IMG/VR virus record: IMGVR_UViG_3300025073_000989
Strand: one strand, 5' to 3'
Source: a virus
Lineage: Duplodnaviria > Caudoviricetes
Length of the DNA stretch: 64,000 nucleotides
Of this stretch, positions 27,302 through 38,900 are shown piece by piece. Position 1 is the first letter of the stretch. Each line of letters begins with the position of its first letter. Made by a program: the position numbers and the translations under genes. A model generated the notes under the pieces. That model was given only the letters and a program-made list of their open reading frames with translations, did not search any database and was not told where the DNA came from.

Positions 27302-30300
27302 TTAAACAGTTACCAACCAGGACACCATCAAATCTGCAGTATTTTTACTTTGTTTAAATCTGCTGTCTTTATTAGTACGTATGTATAAAACTGCCTTTTC
27401 TCCTACTGGAACTCCTTCATAAACTAAAGGAAGTTGTCCGTCATAAACACCATAAAAATTATTACCATCTTTAGATATTTTTAAAAACTCATTAACTGAT
27501 ATTTTAATATCTTTATCTATATCTTCCTTGTTTATATTAAATGAGGTTTTACAATAATTATACAGTTTTAAATTATCAAAAATACCACTTCCTTCAGAAT
27601 CAGAGTTATAAGCTAAAACAGTGTTTCCTCCACCAAGCCTTAAACATGCGCTTTTACAGTTTTCTATCTCCCACGTAGTTTTGCTGAAAATAACTAACTC
27701 GCCATTCATATATAAACAAACAGTGGCGCCACTATCACTATGACTACCATCATTAGACCAAACCATAGCTAAATGAACTGGCTCCTTACGCTCTACAAAA
27801 AATTTGTCAGGTATTTCCTCAACATCCAATGCATTTAAAAAATTATAATTTGTCTTGGCGCCACCGACCCCAATCTCAAACCACTCAGACCCTTTTATTC
27901 CCAAAGATATTACTTCATTATTATTAGATATTAATGTAAATAGCGTCCTTGACATAGTAGCACCAAAAACATCTTGCCCTTGGTAATCACAATAAAGTTT
28001 TACCCAAAACTCTATAGACCCTTGGGTAAGAGTTAAATCTGATATAGGTATATCCAAACACTCATTCCAAGTAAGACATAGCCCTTTACCAAACTTAACA
28101 TCTGTTTCAAAACGGTTTCGTTCTATTTTTATAGTATCTAGTTTTAAACTAAAGGCCTCTCCAACCCCCCTATACATAATACCGAAAGACGGTATTTCTT
28201 TATTTCTAAAATTCAAAGAACTGTCTAAAAAATTATTAGGTATAGGAACAACTGCAGTATAGTTATCAAAATATAGTTTAACTTTATTCCATCCTGACTC
28301 TAGTACAATATCTTTTAATTGCCATAAATAGTATGCTCCTTTTTTATTACCAAACCCTATGGTACCAAAAGACATATCCAATCTATTTACATCTTCTATA
28401 TATAACCAAAAACTAAGCATATCCATCTCTGACCAACTTACGTCATTGATTAACGGGTAAGCCTCTATAATTTCAACAAAATCTATACCAGAAGAAGTAG
28501 GATAGTCTATATTTAGAGCCCTTCTACCTTCAACAACTTCCATGTAATCGTTACTTAATTCACTAATGTTTGAACGCCACCACCAACTATACTCTGTTGG
28601 GTTGTATATAACATCACCGTAAATAAGAAGCTTATCGATATAATCAGGGCCATAATTTTCTGAAACCCTATCATAAGAATAACCAGTAGCCGTGTCTTTT
28701 TTAATAGAAACCCACTTTATTCCTTCACTAAAAGAAGCAGAAATAGACGGAAGTTTTACTCCCCAATTACCATCTATTTCTTTATGAAGTACTCCTAAAA
28801 CTGAATAGTTGCAACTTCTATTTATAGTTAACGTACTTAGCTGTGAAGCCCAAACATCGTCAGAAAAAGTATCAGCAAATAAATCTATAACATCACTTCC
28901 ATTATATAACCTTAAACTTATTAAATTATAATCAGTAACATTATACGCCTGCCAAGAAACATTATAAAAACCTTCCTCCAAGTACTCACTTGAACTAAAT
29001 GTGTAAGTAGTTGTATCTGACGTATAAGTAAAAGAGTCTACCGAAGAATAATAAACAAAAGCATCCAAAGTTTTACTAACAAATGTAATTTTTTTTGGGT
29101 CATCTGTAACATTATTTGAATACTTAAAATACTGCTCGTTGTTATCCCACAAAGCATCCATATATGGAGCAGACATCCAAGATTTAACCCATCTGGTATT
29201 AATTACAGAATGGGATACAACATTAAACTGCTCTCTTAGGTCTACACAAATTATAGGATAATCCTCACTAGATACCTCACCACCTCCGGCCACAGATAAA
29301 ACCTGAACTTCCCTTAAGAACCCACCGTCAATAAGAACTGTTGTACCTAAAGAATCTATAGTTATATAATCACTACCGGAAATATAATCAGATATGGTAA
29401 CTCTTACACGCCTTGCTTCCGCTGGAGAAAACCTATGATAAGCAACAAAAGCATCATTATCAGATACACTAACGACCTCAGTAAAACTTCCAGATATAGT
29501 TGTACTAATTTCTATGATATAATCAGTAACTAGATAAGATACATCATTACCTATACCATGATAAATAACAACAGTATCAATTGTGTATGTGTCCCCTAAA
29601 TCTATGTCTAATGTGGGGGTGGTGTCACTAGACATAAATCCCCAACAATTACTATACCCGTACTCTGTGTGTATACCATTAACTACATTACTTGGTGACC
29701 AGGAAATAGTATATTCGCCATTGTCTATGACTACACTGGAAGATCCACTTACTGAAGCATTTAATGCTACGTTTATTTGTTCAGTATCATAGTTTGATAC
29801 TTTATTTCCCAAATATTCCCAATCGGAATTGTATGTACCTCCAAGACTATATGGTACAGATATATCAGGGTATATTCCTATTTTATTAATTATTTTATTG
29901 GAACCCCCTACTGCAACATTTATAAAATTAACCCACCTAGTATCATTTGGGCCTGGAAGAGGATCAGCGTAAGTAAGTCCACCAATATCAAAATCAGTTG
30001 TCCACAAAGCCTGACCATTAACAAATCGTATTCTGGCCAAGCTTCCTGTAAAATAAGACCAATAATCTGGCCAAAAAAAGTACCAACCGTGGTTATACCC
30101 ACCAAGCATAAAGTAATAAGGACTATCTTCTCCAACATCAAGATTTGCAACTTCATACCATGAGTTTTTTAAAACCCCGTCCCTAAAACCATAAAAATAA
30201 TTACCGTGCCTAGTAATAGCATAATGTACCCATATATTATAGCTAATTGGGCCAGTATTTATTGAACCACTTCCAGCCTGGCCTAGGTACATGTATATGT

Positions 30301-33300
30301 TTCCGCCGTTGTAATACCCAAGTCTCATATTAGTAAAGCCATTAGGCCGTAGGTTTTCGGTACTAAATGTTATTGCAGAAACATTTTCTTGTGGTGTTGT
30401 TGCATGATACTGCCACCAGTCTATTGTAAAATCACCTCTTATTCTAAAAAGATCACCATAGTCACTATGTGGAATAGTTAATCTAGAACTATCAGGCGAA
30501 CTGAAAAATACACTATAATTATCAATAGCAGGAGAAGATACTAGATGTAAACCACCATTATTAAGCGTGGTTACCTCAATCTCATTCTTAGAATAATCTC
30601 TGTAGTCCCCGTCATTAAAAGTTAAGTATAGTGTCTTATACATTCCTCCCCAAACCACATTGTTTACATCAATATCACTTGTAGTAGAATACTGCATGGA
30701 ACTATTTAGTCTTAAGTCTAACTTGTCAGATAAAGTGCCATAATTTCTTATAAAATCTAAATTATGTCGTTTTTCTAAATCTATTGCTACACAAACATCA
30801 TGTGGGCCATTCAACTTCCTTATATCAGCATCTGACCACTTGATATAGTTATCGCCATTGTCAGAACTAGTATATATCTCAAAAGTATTTATAATATAAT
30901 TAGCATCACTTAAATTACTAGGATCATTGTAGTGCTTAAATGTTATAGTGTTAATTGAAGACCCCGCACCCAATTCTATACCTAAAGCTTTTGAATCATT
31001 TAAAATCGGACAATTTATAATATGATAATCGTAGTGATACGTACTAGAACTTGATGTACTAACTTCAATTAGTACTTTACTTATATAATTAGATGGAGCA
31101 AAGTAACCACTATACTCAGTCCCGCCATTCAAAGAATACACCAAAGTATTACCTGATCTTGTTACATGTATCGTATTACGATCTGCTTTATTTATAGTTA
31201 CAGGGTCTGCATTTAATAAAAAAGTGCCAAACTTATCAGTTACATATTGAACTATATTTGAATTTACTGCACTAGCGTCTTTATAGTTTATTGTTAAAAT
31301 ATTAATATTATTGCTGTCTTTAAAATAAACAATAAAATCAGCAGTAGCATAGCTGGAATTTGTACTATCAGCGCACATAAAAAAATCTAAAGAAAATTCA
31401 AAATTCAAAATAGGAACAAAAACTGTAGAAACTTTTGCTAAAAAAGGAAACACCTGAGGATTAGTAATAATTATATTATTATTCACAACAACAAACTCAT
31501 CGTATTCTGAACTATCAGCTACCCAATCTAAATCTATATAAGCAGAAGTATCAGTATTATATAATAAAGGCTTTGATATGTCTCCTCCTTTTGTATGAAA
31601 TGCCCTATTGGACTGACTTGTATAATCAGGGTCGCTATCATAAAAAACATTTTTTATATCTACCCTATTTCCTGTAATACTTGTACAATATAAACTACTT
31701 ACATATGTTTCTCCGCCAGTTACTTTTACTTTTATAAAGTCATCAGATGTTGGAGAAAAAGTAATAATAGTTTCCCTAAACCCATCTGCTGGAGTATAGT
31801 TTAATGACCCATCAGTTCCTATAACACTGTAGTAACTCCAATTTTCGTAGTCTTCTTTTACATAAACTTTTTTACCTGCTGCCAAATTAATAAGACCGTA
31901 AGTAGGACAATTTATAGATACTAAAAAATCTCTATTTAAAATATCACAATCTTTATTCTTGCGTATAATTCCTCCAGGACCTATTTCTGGGTATAATACT
32001 TCATCCTCAGATCCCAGCTTCATCCAAGATAGTAACTGCCTTCCTTCGTAAATATCCACAGGTAAATCTACAATTAAATCGTAAGGTTTATCGTAGCCAT
32101 TCTCAAATTCTACTTTATTGATATCACCTAAACCACCAGTTTTAGTACCAGTTAATAAAATAGAACTATTACAATCTTCTAATTTAATATCATCACTTGT
32201 ATATAAACATAGACCATATATTTCAGACTCCACCTGAGATGATACCTCAACATTAATAAACCTAGGAGCAGCGCCTATCTTAGAAAATATTTTAGTATTA
32301 TAAACAGGATCTGATTCAAAATCCGCTGTTTTCCAGTAGTCACCATAGTCCGAAAAACGCATAAATATGTTGTCAATCAGTGTAGGCTCTATATATAATT
32401 TACTATATAGCTCCATCTCTGTTATCTTTGTGCTCTTGTGGTAATCCGTATGAATACAAAAACCATTACACGTTACAGGATTAAAATTATGTTCTATGAT
32501 ATTCCATTGTGTTAAATATTGGGCTTTTAGTAAACCACCGTTTACTATAATACCGTCATCCCACTCAGGGGCAACCTCATAGCTTGGGTTTCTGAACAAA
32601 TATTCCTTTAGATAATCATTTTTACCTTGATACTCCAAAAGAAATTCATAAAACCCTGGCGCCTCATAACTAATTCCATCTATAGCTATAGAGGTATAGT
32701 TAGGTACGTATTGAAAACCTGCTGTTGGGATATTAGCATTACCAACACCATGACCAGGCCCCAAATAGTAGGACAAAGACATAGATCTAAAATTATGTGC
32801 TTCTTTAAAATATATTATACTTTTATGTATATCTACAAAAACATTATTAGGAAAAAGTAAAAAGAACGAAATAGGGTCATTTTCAAACTCAGAAGTACTA
32901 GCCCCTGTAGCTGGAGTACAAAACTCATGCTTACCATCACAAACACTTTGATATACCCACTCTGCGTCACCATTAACATAAAAATAAGCATGGCTGCCTA
33001 CAGTTTCTACGCCATTGGCTCCAGCATTGCTATAACTATCCCCCTGCCTTCCATTATCAGCTGTAACTATACCATCATCTAGACAACCTAAACCGTAAGC
33101 TATATTATTATGGTAAGCAACCGAGGCCGGCTGTAAACTGTATGTTATAACATGCATATGATTATGGCCGTACAAATCAACTTGCCACCCTATATCTAAA
33201 CAACTAGCTATATTAAACTCAAAAGTATCTTCAAGCTCTTTTCCTGACAAATAAGCAGTATTTATATTAACCCTATTACCAAGATCTATATCTAATAAAG

Positions 33301-35587
33301 CCCCAGTCTGTCGCCTATCACCACGAGCATAAATACAAAATCCTAAAATGCCTGGAGTATTTAAAGGGCCAGGATCAAAATTACCAAAAACTGGCACTGA
33401 AGTAGTCATTAAAAATTTAGTATATTGATCAACGTTGGACAACTGATAAGACAACCCTTCGTCAAAAGCAGCTTTATATCTAGCAATACCTACAGATATA
33501 TTAAACCCAAACATCCTACCTTTCATTGGATAACGTAAATCTGTATAACTTCCTATTGTAAATTTAGTTGGAGTAGTAGTCTGAGTAATATTTATTACTG
33601 CCCTCTCTATAACTATCTTACCATCAACAAAAATCCTAAACTTATTTAATTCATTATCATTAACAACGGCGACATGGTGCCATGTATTTATTGAAAACTT
33701 ATTAGAAACACTAAGAACTATACTACCCCCATTACACTGCCAAGCTAAATCACCAGAAGAGTTTAAGTATAGCAAATACTGATAACCTGTGGATGTGCTC
33801 CAATCGTAAGAAGTACCACCATAACCAAAAAGACCATTATTATTCCTATGTACATAAACTTTAGCCCAAAACTCCACAGTAAAATTACTATTTTTAAAAC
33901 TAAAATCAGAATGAGCGGCAATACTAGAATAATCACTAGTTCCATCAAAATTTAAACAATACTGTATATTTTCCGCACTTCCTAATGTATCAACCACAAC
34001 ACTTGTATCATAGTTAAGAGTCAAACTATGTGCAGTATTAGCAGCATTTATTACCTCTCGTGAAAATGACCTATCATAAGGCCTTCCATCAAACTGGTAA
34101 TATGTAGCATTTGGCTTTCTAAAATATGAGCTATATGGAACAGTTGGATTTATATTATATAACCCAATAACATCTCCTTTATCGACTAGCTCATTGCAGT
34201 CTATTCTATACGTAACATGCCTAGTAGTATAAACAGCATCTATCGACGATACAATTAGAAATTCCTTTATTACTGTGAAAGTTCCATTTTTCAACGGTCT
34301 GATTATATAAACAAGTACCTCGTCACCAGAAACAACAGTACCATTAACATATATCTTTGTCAACCTACCGCTATCACTTATTGGATGTGACATGTCTACA
34401 ATAGTTTGGCCGTTATTATATAACTGATCATAAGTATCAATATCAGTATGAGTTCCTTCTCCTATATTTGCCGTAGTAGATTCCTCAAAATCACGTCTTC
34501 CACCTTCAACTACATATTGCGCCGGGTTTAAATAAAAAACAGGGTAGTCTAGATCCATAGCAAGTTTATTTATCTCAAAAGCTTGTAGTTTTCTAGAAGC
34601 AGCGTAATCAAAACCAGAAGCTGGATCTATTCCTGACTCCTTTATTGATATATCAATTCCATCTGAATCAAAAAAACCAAGAGTTTCCGCTGCGGGGTTA
34701 TCTCTTACTACAACTAATGAGTCAGCCCTACTGCTCCCAGATATAATCTTTATGGTATTGAACTCAGTAAATTCTACCTCAGAATAAGCATAGCCTCCTA
34801 TGCTTATTTTACTGAGTGCATTAGATATTTTTTTAGCAATATCAGCGCCACTTATATTATTATTTGTCCCCAACCTAACTATTTCATCACCATACCCATT
34901 TATATTGACAAGTAGAGCATCATTAACATCAGAAACAGTTGAGTAAAAACCCATACCTATTCCAGACTCACAGTACCCTTTCTGGCCTACTCCTGGACAA
35001 TTGTGTACATAACTTTCATAGTAAGAACATGAGGTATTAGTACAGGAAAAAGAATCTTTTGAACTGACTTTTATATATTTGATAGCAAAACTGTCTTTGT
35101 TCCTACCATCTATAAAAGGATAAACCCTAATATTGTTTATGTTGCCCTGCCAAAATGATGCTGGCCCCATATTTATAGTGTATAAATGCCACTTATCATC
35201 GTTTATTAAATCAAACTCAAGCTCCTTATTGGAATCCCACACGGTGTCAGCCACAGTAATCCACCTAACTTTACCTTTAGTTGGAAATTTTCCAGCTGAC
35301 GAATTAGCCTCATGCACAGTAAGTTTCATCATTATATATATTAAATAAAAATCCTCTGCCGGAAGGTATGAAAAAACATCAGATCTTCCTATATAACACT
35401 CTCTTTCGTAAGATGAACCAAACAAAATACCAGACCAACAACCATACATATATATATTATCATACATGGTCCAACCATCAACATTACCATTGCTGTTGAA
35501 ATTAGTAGTAAACCCATCCAAAGAATCATATCTACATAAAGACGAATTCTTTATAGACCTGGCTTTTTTTAGATAATTATATGACAC
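27302..35587 (-). CDS. Giant (2761 aa) multidomain virion protein with carbohydrate-binding-like, LamG and F5/8 domains
   Basis: FTVEFW/WHHVA, FTIDWW and GSIEFW LamG units; CWGF...LDIDLG...YxIEIS F5/8 unit; uninterrupted ORF. Confidence 0.65.
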   Translation of the reverse strand: MSYNYLKKARSIKNSSLCRYDSLDGFTTNFNSNGNVDGWTMYDNIYMYGCWSGILFGSSYERECYIGRSDVFSYLPAEDFYLIYIMMKLTVHEANSSAGKFPTKGKVRWITVADTVWDSNKELEFDLINDDKWHLYTINMGPASFWQGNINNIRVYPFIDGRNKDSFAIKYIKVSSKDSFSCTNTSCSYYESYVHNCPGVGQKGYCESGIGMGFYSTVSDVNDALLVNINGYGDEIVRLGTNNNISGADIAKKISNALSKISIGGYAYSEVEFTEFNTIKIISGSSRADSLVVVRDNPAAETLGFFDSDGIDISIKESGIDPASGFDYAASRKLQAFEINKLAMDLDYPVFYLNPAQYVVEGGRRDFEESTTANIGEGTHTDIDTYDQLYNNGQTIVDMSHPISDSGRLTKIYVNGTVVSGDEVLVYIIRPLKNGTFTVIKEFLIVSSIDAVYTTRHVTYRIDCNELVDKGDVIGLYNINPTVPYSSYFRKPNATYYQFDGRPYDRSFSREVINAANTAHSLTLNYDTSVVVDTLGSAENIQYCLNFDGTSDYSSIAAHSDFSFKNSNFTVEFWAKVYVHRNNNGLFGYGGTSYDWSTSTGYQYLLYLNSSGDLAWQCNGGSIVLSVSNKFSINTWHHVAVVNDNELNKFRIFVDGKIVIERAVINITQTTTPTKFTIGSYTDLRYPMKGRMFGFNISVGIARYKAAFDEGLSYQLSNVDQYTKFLMTTSVPVFGNFDPGPLNTPGILGFCIYARGDRRQTGALLDIDLGNRVNINTAYLSGKELEDTFEFNIASCLDIGWQVDLYGHNHMHVITYSLQPASVAYHNNIAYGLGCLDDGIVTADNGRQGDSYSNAGANGVETVGSHAYFYVNGDAEWVYQSVCDGKHEFCTPATGASTSEFENDPISFFLLFPNNVFVDIHKSIIYFKEAHNFRSMSLSYYLGPGHGVGNANIPTAGFQYVPNYTSIAIDGISYEAPGFYEFLLEYQGKNDYLKEYLFRNPSYEVAPEWDDGIIVNGGLLKAQYLTQWNIIEHNFNPVTCNGFCIHTDYHKSTKITEMELYSKLYIEPTLIDNIFMRFSDYGDYWKTADFESDPVYNTKIFSKIGAAPRFINVEVSSQVESEIYGLCLYTSDDIKLEDCNSSILLTGTKTGGLGDINKVEFENGYDKPYDLIVDLPVDIYEGRQLLSWMKLGSEDEVLYPEIGPGGIIRKNKDCDILNRDFLVSINCPTYGLINLAAGKKVYVKEDYENWSYYSVIGTDGSLNYTPADGFRETIITFSPTSDDFIKVKVTGGETYVSSLYCTSITGNRVDIKNVFYDSDPDYTSQSNRAFHTKGGDISKPLLYNTDTSAYIDLDWVADSSEYDEFVVVNNNIIITNPQVFPFLAKVSTVFVPILNFEFSLDFFMCADSTNSSYATADFIVYFKDSNNINILTINYKDASAVNSNIVQYVTDKFGTFLLNADPVTINKADRNTIHVTRSGNTLVYSLNGGTEYSGYFAPSNYISKVLIEVSTSSSSTYHYDYHIINCPILNDSKALGIELGAGSSINTITFKHYNDPSNLSDANYIINTFEIYTSSDNGDNYIKWSDADIRKLNGPHDVCVAIDLEKRHNLDFIRNYGTLSDKLDLRLNSSMQYSTTSDIDVNNVVWGGMYKTLYLTFNDGDYRDYSKNEIEVTTLNNGGLHLVSSPAIDNYSVFFSSPDSSRLTIPHSDYGDLFRIRGDFTIDWWQYHATTPQENVSAITFSTENLRPNGFTNMRLGYYNGGNIYMYLGQAGSGSINTGPISYNIWVHYAITRHGNYFYGFRDGVLKNSWYEVANLDVGEDSPYYFMLGGYNHGWYFFWPDYWSYFTGSLARIRFVNGQALWTTDFDIGGLTYADPLPGPNDTRWVNFINVAVGGSNKIINKIGIYPDISVPYSLGGTYNSDWEYLGNKVSNYDTEQINVALNASVSGSSSVVIDNGEYTISWSPSNVVNGIHTEYGYSNCWGFMSSDTTPTLDIDLGDTYTIDTVVIYHGIGNDVSYLVTDYIIEISTTISGSFTEVVSVSDNDAFVAYHRFSPAEARRVRVTISDYISGSDYITIDSLGTTVLIDGGFLREVQVLSVAGGGEVSSEDYPIICVDLREQFNVVSHSVINTRWVKSWMSAPYMDALWDNNEQYFKYSNNVTDDPKKITFVSKTLDAFVYYSSVDSFTYTSDTTTYTFSSSEYLEEGFYNVSWQAYNVTDYNLISLRLYNGSDVIDLFADTFSDDVWASQLSTLTINRSCNYSVLGVLHKEIDGNWGVKLPSISASFSEGIKWVSIKKDTATGYSYDRVSENYGPDYIDKLLIYGDVIYNPTEYSWWWRSNISELSNDYMEVVEGRRALNIDYPTSSGIDFVEIIEAYPLINDVSWSEMDMLSFWLYIEDVNRLDMSFGTIGFGNKKGAYYLWQLKDIVLESGWNKVKLYFDNYTAVVPIPNNFLDSSLNFRNKEIPSFGIMYRGVGEAFSLKLDTIKIERNRFETDVKFGKGLCLTWNECLDIPISDLTLTQGSIEFWVKLYCDYQGQDVFGATMSRTLFTLISNNNEVISLGIKGSEWFEIGVGGAKTNYNFLNALDVEEIPDKFFVERKEPVHLAMVWSNDGSHSDSGATVCLYMNGELVIFSKTTWEIENCKSACLRLGGGNTVLAYNSDSEGSGIFDNLKLYNYCKTSFNINKEDIDKDIKISVNEFLKISKDGNNFYGVYDGQLPLVYEGVPVGEKAVLYIRTNKDSRFKQSKNTADLMVSWLVTV

Positions 35588-35972
35588 CGTAGTTCCTCAA
35601 CTTGCAGAGTTTAATTACATCCACCAAACAGTTACCACCACCATCATAACCACTACACTTTCCACAAAAAACTAAACCGTTGTCTGGGTCTATCTTACTA
35701 AGCACAGTACTTCTAAGTAACTGGTTCTTTTTAATCTCTATTGCTTTACTTCTTAGAACAGAACTAGTTTTAGTTTCTATATCTTTTAGAGTCATTTTTA
35801 TTTTTTCTCCACAACTCAAACAAGCATATACCATATAATCAGGGTATTCGTCTATATTAATACCTTTACTAGTATTAACAAACTTAGATTTCTCTATATA
35901 TTCAAAAACCGTGTGCATTTGGTCAAGTACTATATCTAGTTTTCCACATTTATTACATTCTAGTTTAAACAT
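35577..35972 (-). CDS. Zinc-binding hypothetical protein
   Basis: CNKC, CLSC, CGKC plus a C...C C-terminal cluster. Confidence 0.55.
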   Translation of the reverse strand: MFKLECNKCGKLDIVLDQMHTVFEYIEKSKFVNTSKGINIDEYPDYMVYACLSCGEKIKMTLKDIETKTSSVLRSKAIEIKKNQLLRSTVLSKIDPDNGLVFCGKCSGYDGGGNCLVDVIKLCKLRNYGVI

Positions 35973-35987
35973 TATACCTACCTAGTA

Positions 35988-38900
35988 TTATAGATTCCAT
36001 AGTAACCAACCACCGTTTGAAGGATCAGTTCCTGTCCACATACCGCCATACACTAAATAATTGTACCAATTCCTATTAAAGTCTGACGCCCAGCCCTCAC
36101 TGGATGTAGGAAAATGTAACATAGCATATGGAGCAGAAGGTAGAATTAAATCAGTAAGGTCTGTAGAAAAAACCTCATATCTAGTTTCTCTATCATAAAC
36201 TTTACTATACTCACTTACCCAATATGCCATATCTCCCCTACGGCCTTCATATATTATATGACTTCCTGTTTGCTCATACCCACGTTCTGACATTGGACCT
36301 CCTGCCTCTGTTACCCATGTACCAAAACCCAAAATATGCTCCTGGTCAGTAACGTAGTCCCGTATTAATAATCCTTGATATTCCTCATCTGGTAGTAATC
36401 CTTTTTCTTTAAGATCATTAATCATAGTATCTGCTGATGGCACAGAGTCTGCTGTAACTGCAGTATATACATACATAAAAGGTCGATCTTCTAACCAGCA
36501 AGCAATCATCATAGTTGGATTATATGATACTGGAAGAAAACTATGACCTGGTGCACTATACCTATCGGGGGTATTTAAAGAAGCAAGTCTCATAAATAAT
36601 GTATTTTCAAACTCACAGTTACCACCTATACCCAAGTATAGACCTTTGCTCCTAAATATATCCTTCAACGGAGCCGGTATTTCGTTTTTGGCACTAAAAT
36701 AAGAGGCACCTTCATTGTACAAATCGTTAAACCACTCAAACTGTTTAGCTTCCATCCTGCTTATTGGTGGCGACAGCCTAGTAAACTCTTTTTCAACAGG
36801 AAGCGCTATCCTACCTCTACACTTATTCATACTTTTAAATGCAACCTCAGAACCAGTAACTACTTCTCCATTTATATTAAGTAGTCCTAAGCGAGAATCC
36901 ATCTGCCTAGCAATTGAAACGTCGTCTACAGGTTTGTGAAAATAACTAATTTCTGCTGGGCCTTGTGGTGGAAAATTTCCGCATCCTCCGTGAGATACAT
37001 AGTATTTTCGTTCATATGTTTCTATAGTTTCTTCAGCATTTACAAAAATAGCCTCGTATAAAGATATTCCTGATATCTCAAATACACTATTATAAGTAAT
37101 TTCCTTATTATCTATAACTTTATATAGTTCCTCATCTAATACTTCCTGTTTAAAAACTATAGATAATTTTGTACTTCCTAAAATTAAATAATCCCTGGTT
37201 ACATCTATATTATATGTCCTAGTTTGTTTAACCGCAGTTTGGCTATTAAAATCAGAGAACTCTATATCTGGCTCACTATATATCTTAACCCAATTACTAT
37301 CAGAATTATCAGCTGAAATAAATATATCAAACGCTGGCCAATGATATAAAGTATCTACCCTTTTTTCATATCCACCGGCCTCGTTTAAAACTGGCGGTTC
37401 TCCCTGTTTATACCCAAACATACAAGTAATTTTAACTCTTGTTATTGTTTTTTGTTTATTGTCAAACTCGTATGACATTAGTAACGTGTCATCTGTATAC
37501 ATTAGTTCTCCAACACCTATTAATGCGTTCAAAACTAAATCATTTAGTATTTCATCTGGGCCAACGTAAACATTAAACTGATTTACATAAACCATAGATA
37601 TTGGCAGATAAGTAAAAAGGCTTGGTATCAATTCTATGTGTAAACCCCTATTATAGTAGGTATCAATTACAGTGTTAACCTGCGTTCCTGTATCTGGATC
37701 TACTACTACTGGCCCATCAAGCTCTATTTTATTATCATCCAAAGTTGCTGATGTACCTTCACTAGTATACAGATTAGCGGAATACACTCCAGCAACAAGC
37801 CCGTTAGAAAATGAATAGGTTTTAGTATCAGAATCATGCCAAACAACCACACTAGCCCCACCTCCAGGAGGTGACACTTGGTTTCTTATCTCATCGTATA
37901 CCCCACCCCCAGAACTATCAGGAAGCTCATCCATAGAAACACCGTTAGCCAACCTTTCGTAATTAGGCGGATCATTTGGATCAGCCCAAAGACCAGAATA
38001 TATATCAAAATACTTTTCTGCTCCGTTGTCCAATTTAACTGCGGCCAATGTGGTGTAAACACCAGTGTGTTCATCTTTTATTGGAGCAATAAACCGTATA
38101 ATGTGTGTACCCTCATTGCATACTATAGTAACCTCTCGTAAAAGCCTATCATGTTTATACTCTGGCTGCTTTATAAAAAAACAATAAAATTTACCTTTAA
38201 TTGAACCACCATAGTTTTTAAATGGGCCAATTATATTTGAAGACTCGTCCAAGGCACTTTCCATTAAAACACCCAAAGAAATATCAGAATTACGCTTAAG
38301 TTCTTTATACTGTTCCCTCCAGGCCCAATGTATAGTTCTATCTGTATTATTTGGGTAAGGCAAAAACTCATACCATGGGTTTGCCTTTGTTCTGTAATCC
38401 CCATTACCCTCAGGATAAATAGTTAGCTTGTCGCCATAACTTCTAAATACTTGATCAAATGTAAATCTGCTTACTGGGTCCAATGTTTCATTCAATAATA
38501 TGTTTTCGACTGTAGAATTAAAAAACATAAAAGCAAACGGATTTATAGGTTTAGGTCCCCAAGCGCTTGTATAATTAATGAACGTGTCCGGCTCTGTATT
38601 GGTTAGATTCAAGTCAGTAAAGTACATCGGCACAGGCATCCACTTCCATTCTAACCTTACAGTACTTATATCTATTTGTGGGTATTGTATACGATCCATA
38701 GATCTAAAACTTCTTAAAAACGGTCTAGAGGCATTCCCAAAAGGTGGTAATAATTCAGTATCACTTATGTTTTTTTGCCAACCAAGTATCCAAGGCGCAT
38801 TTCTCCAAGTAGATAGCATTAAAGGATCACACCCGCTTCTAATAAAACCATAACCATCAAAAATATTACCGCTGTGTCTATGCTGATTATATGTTTTTAG

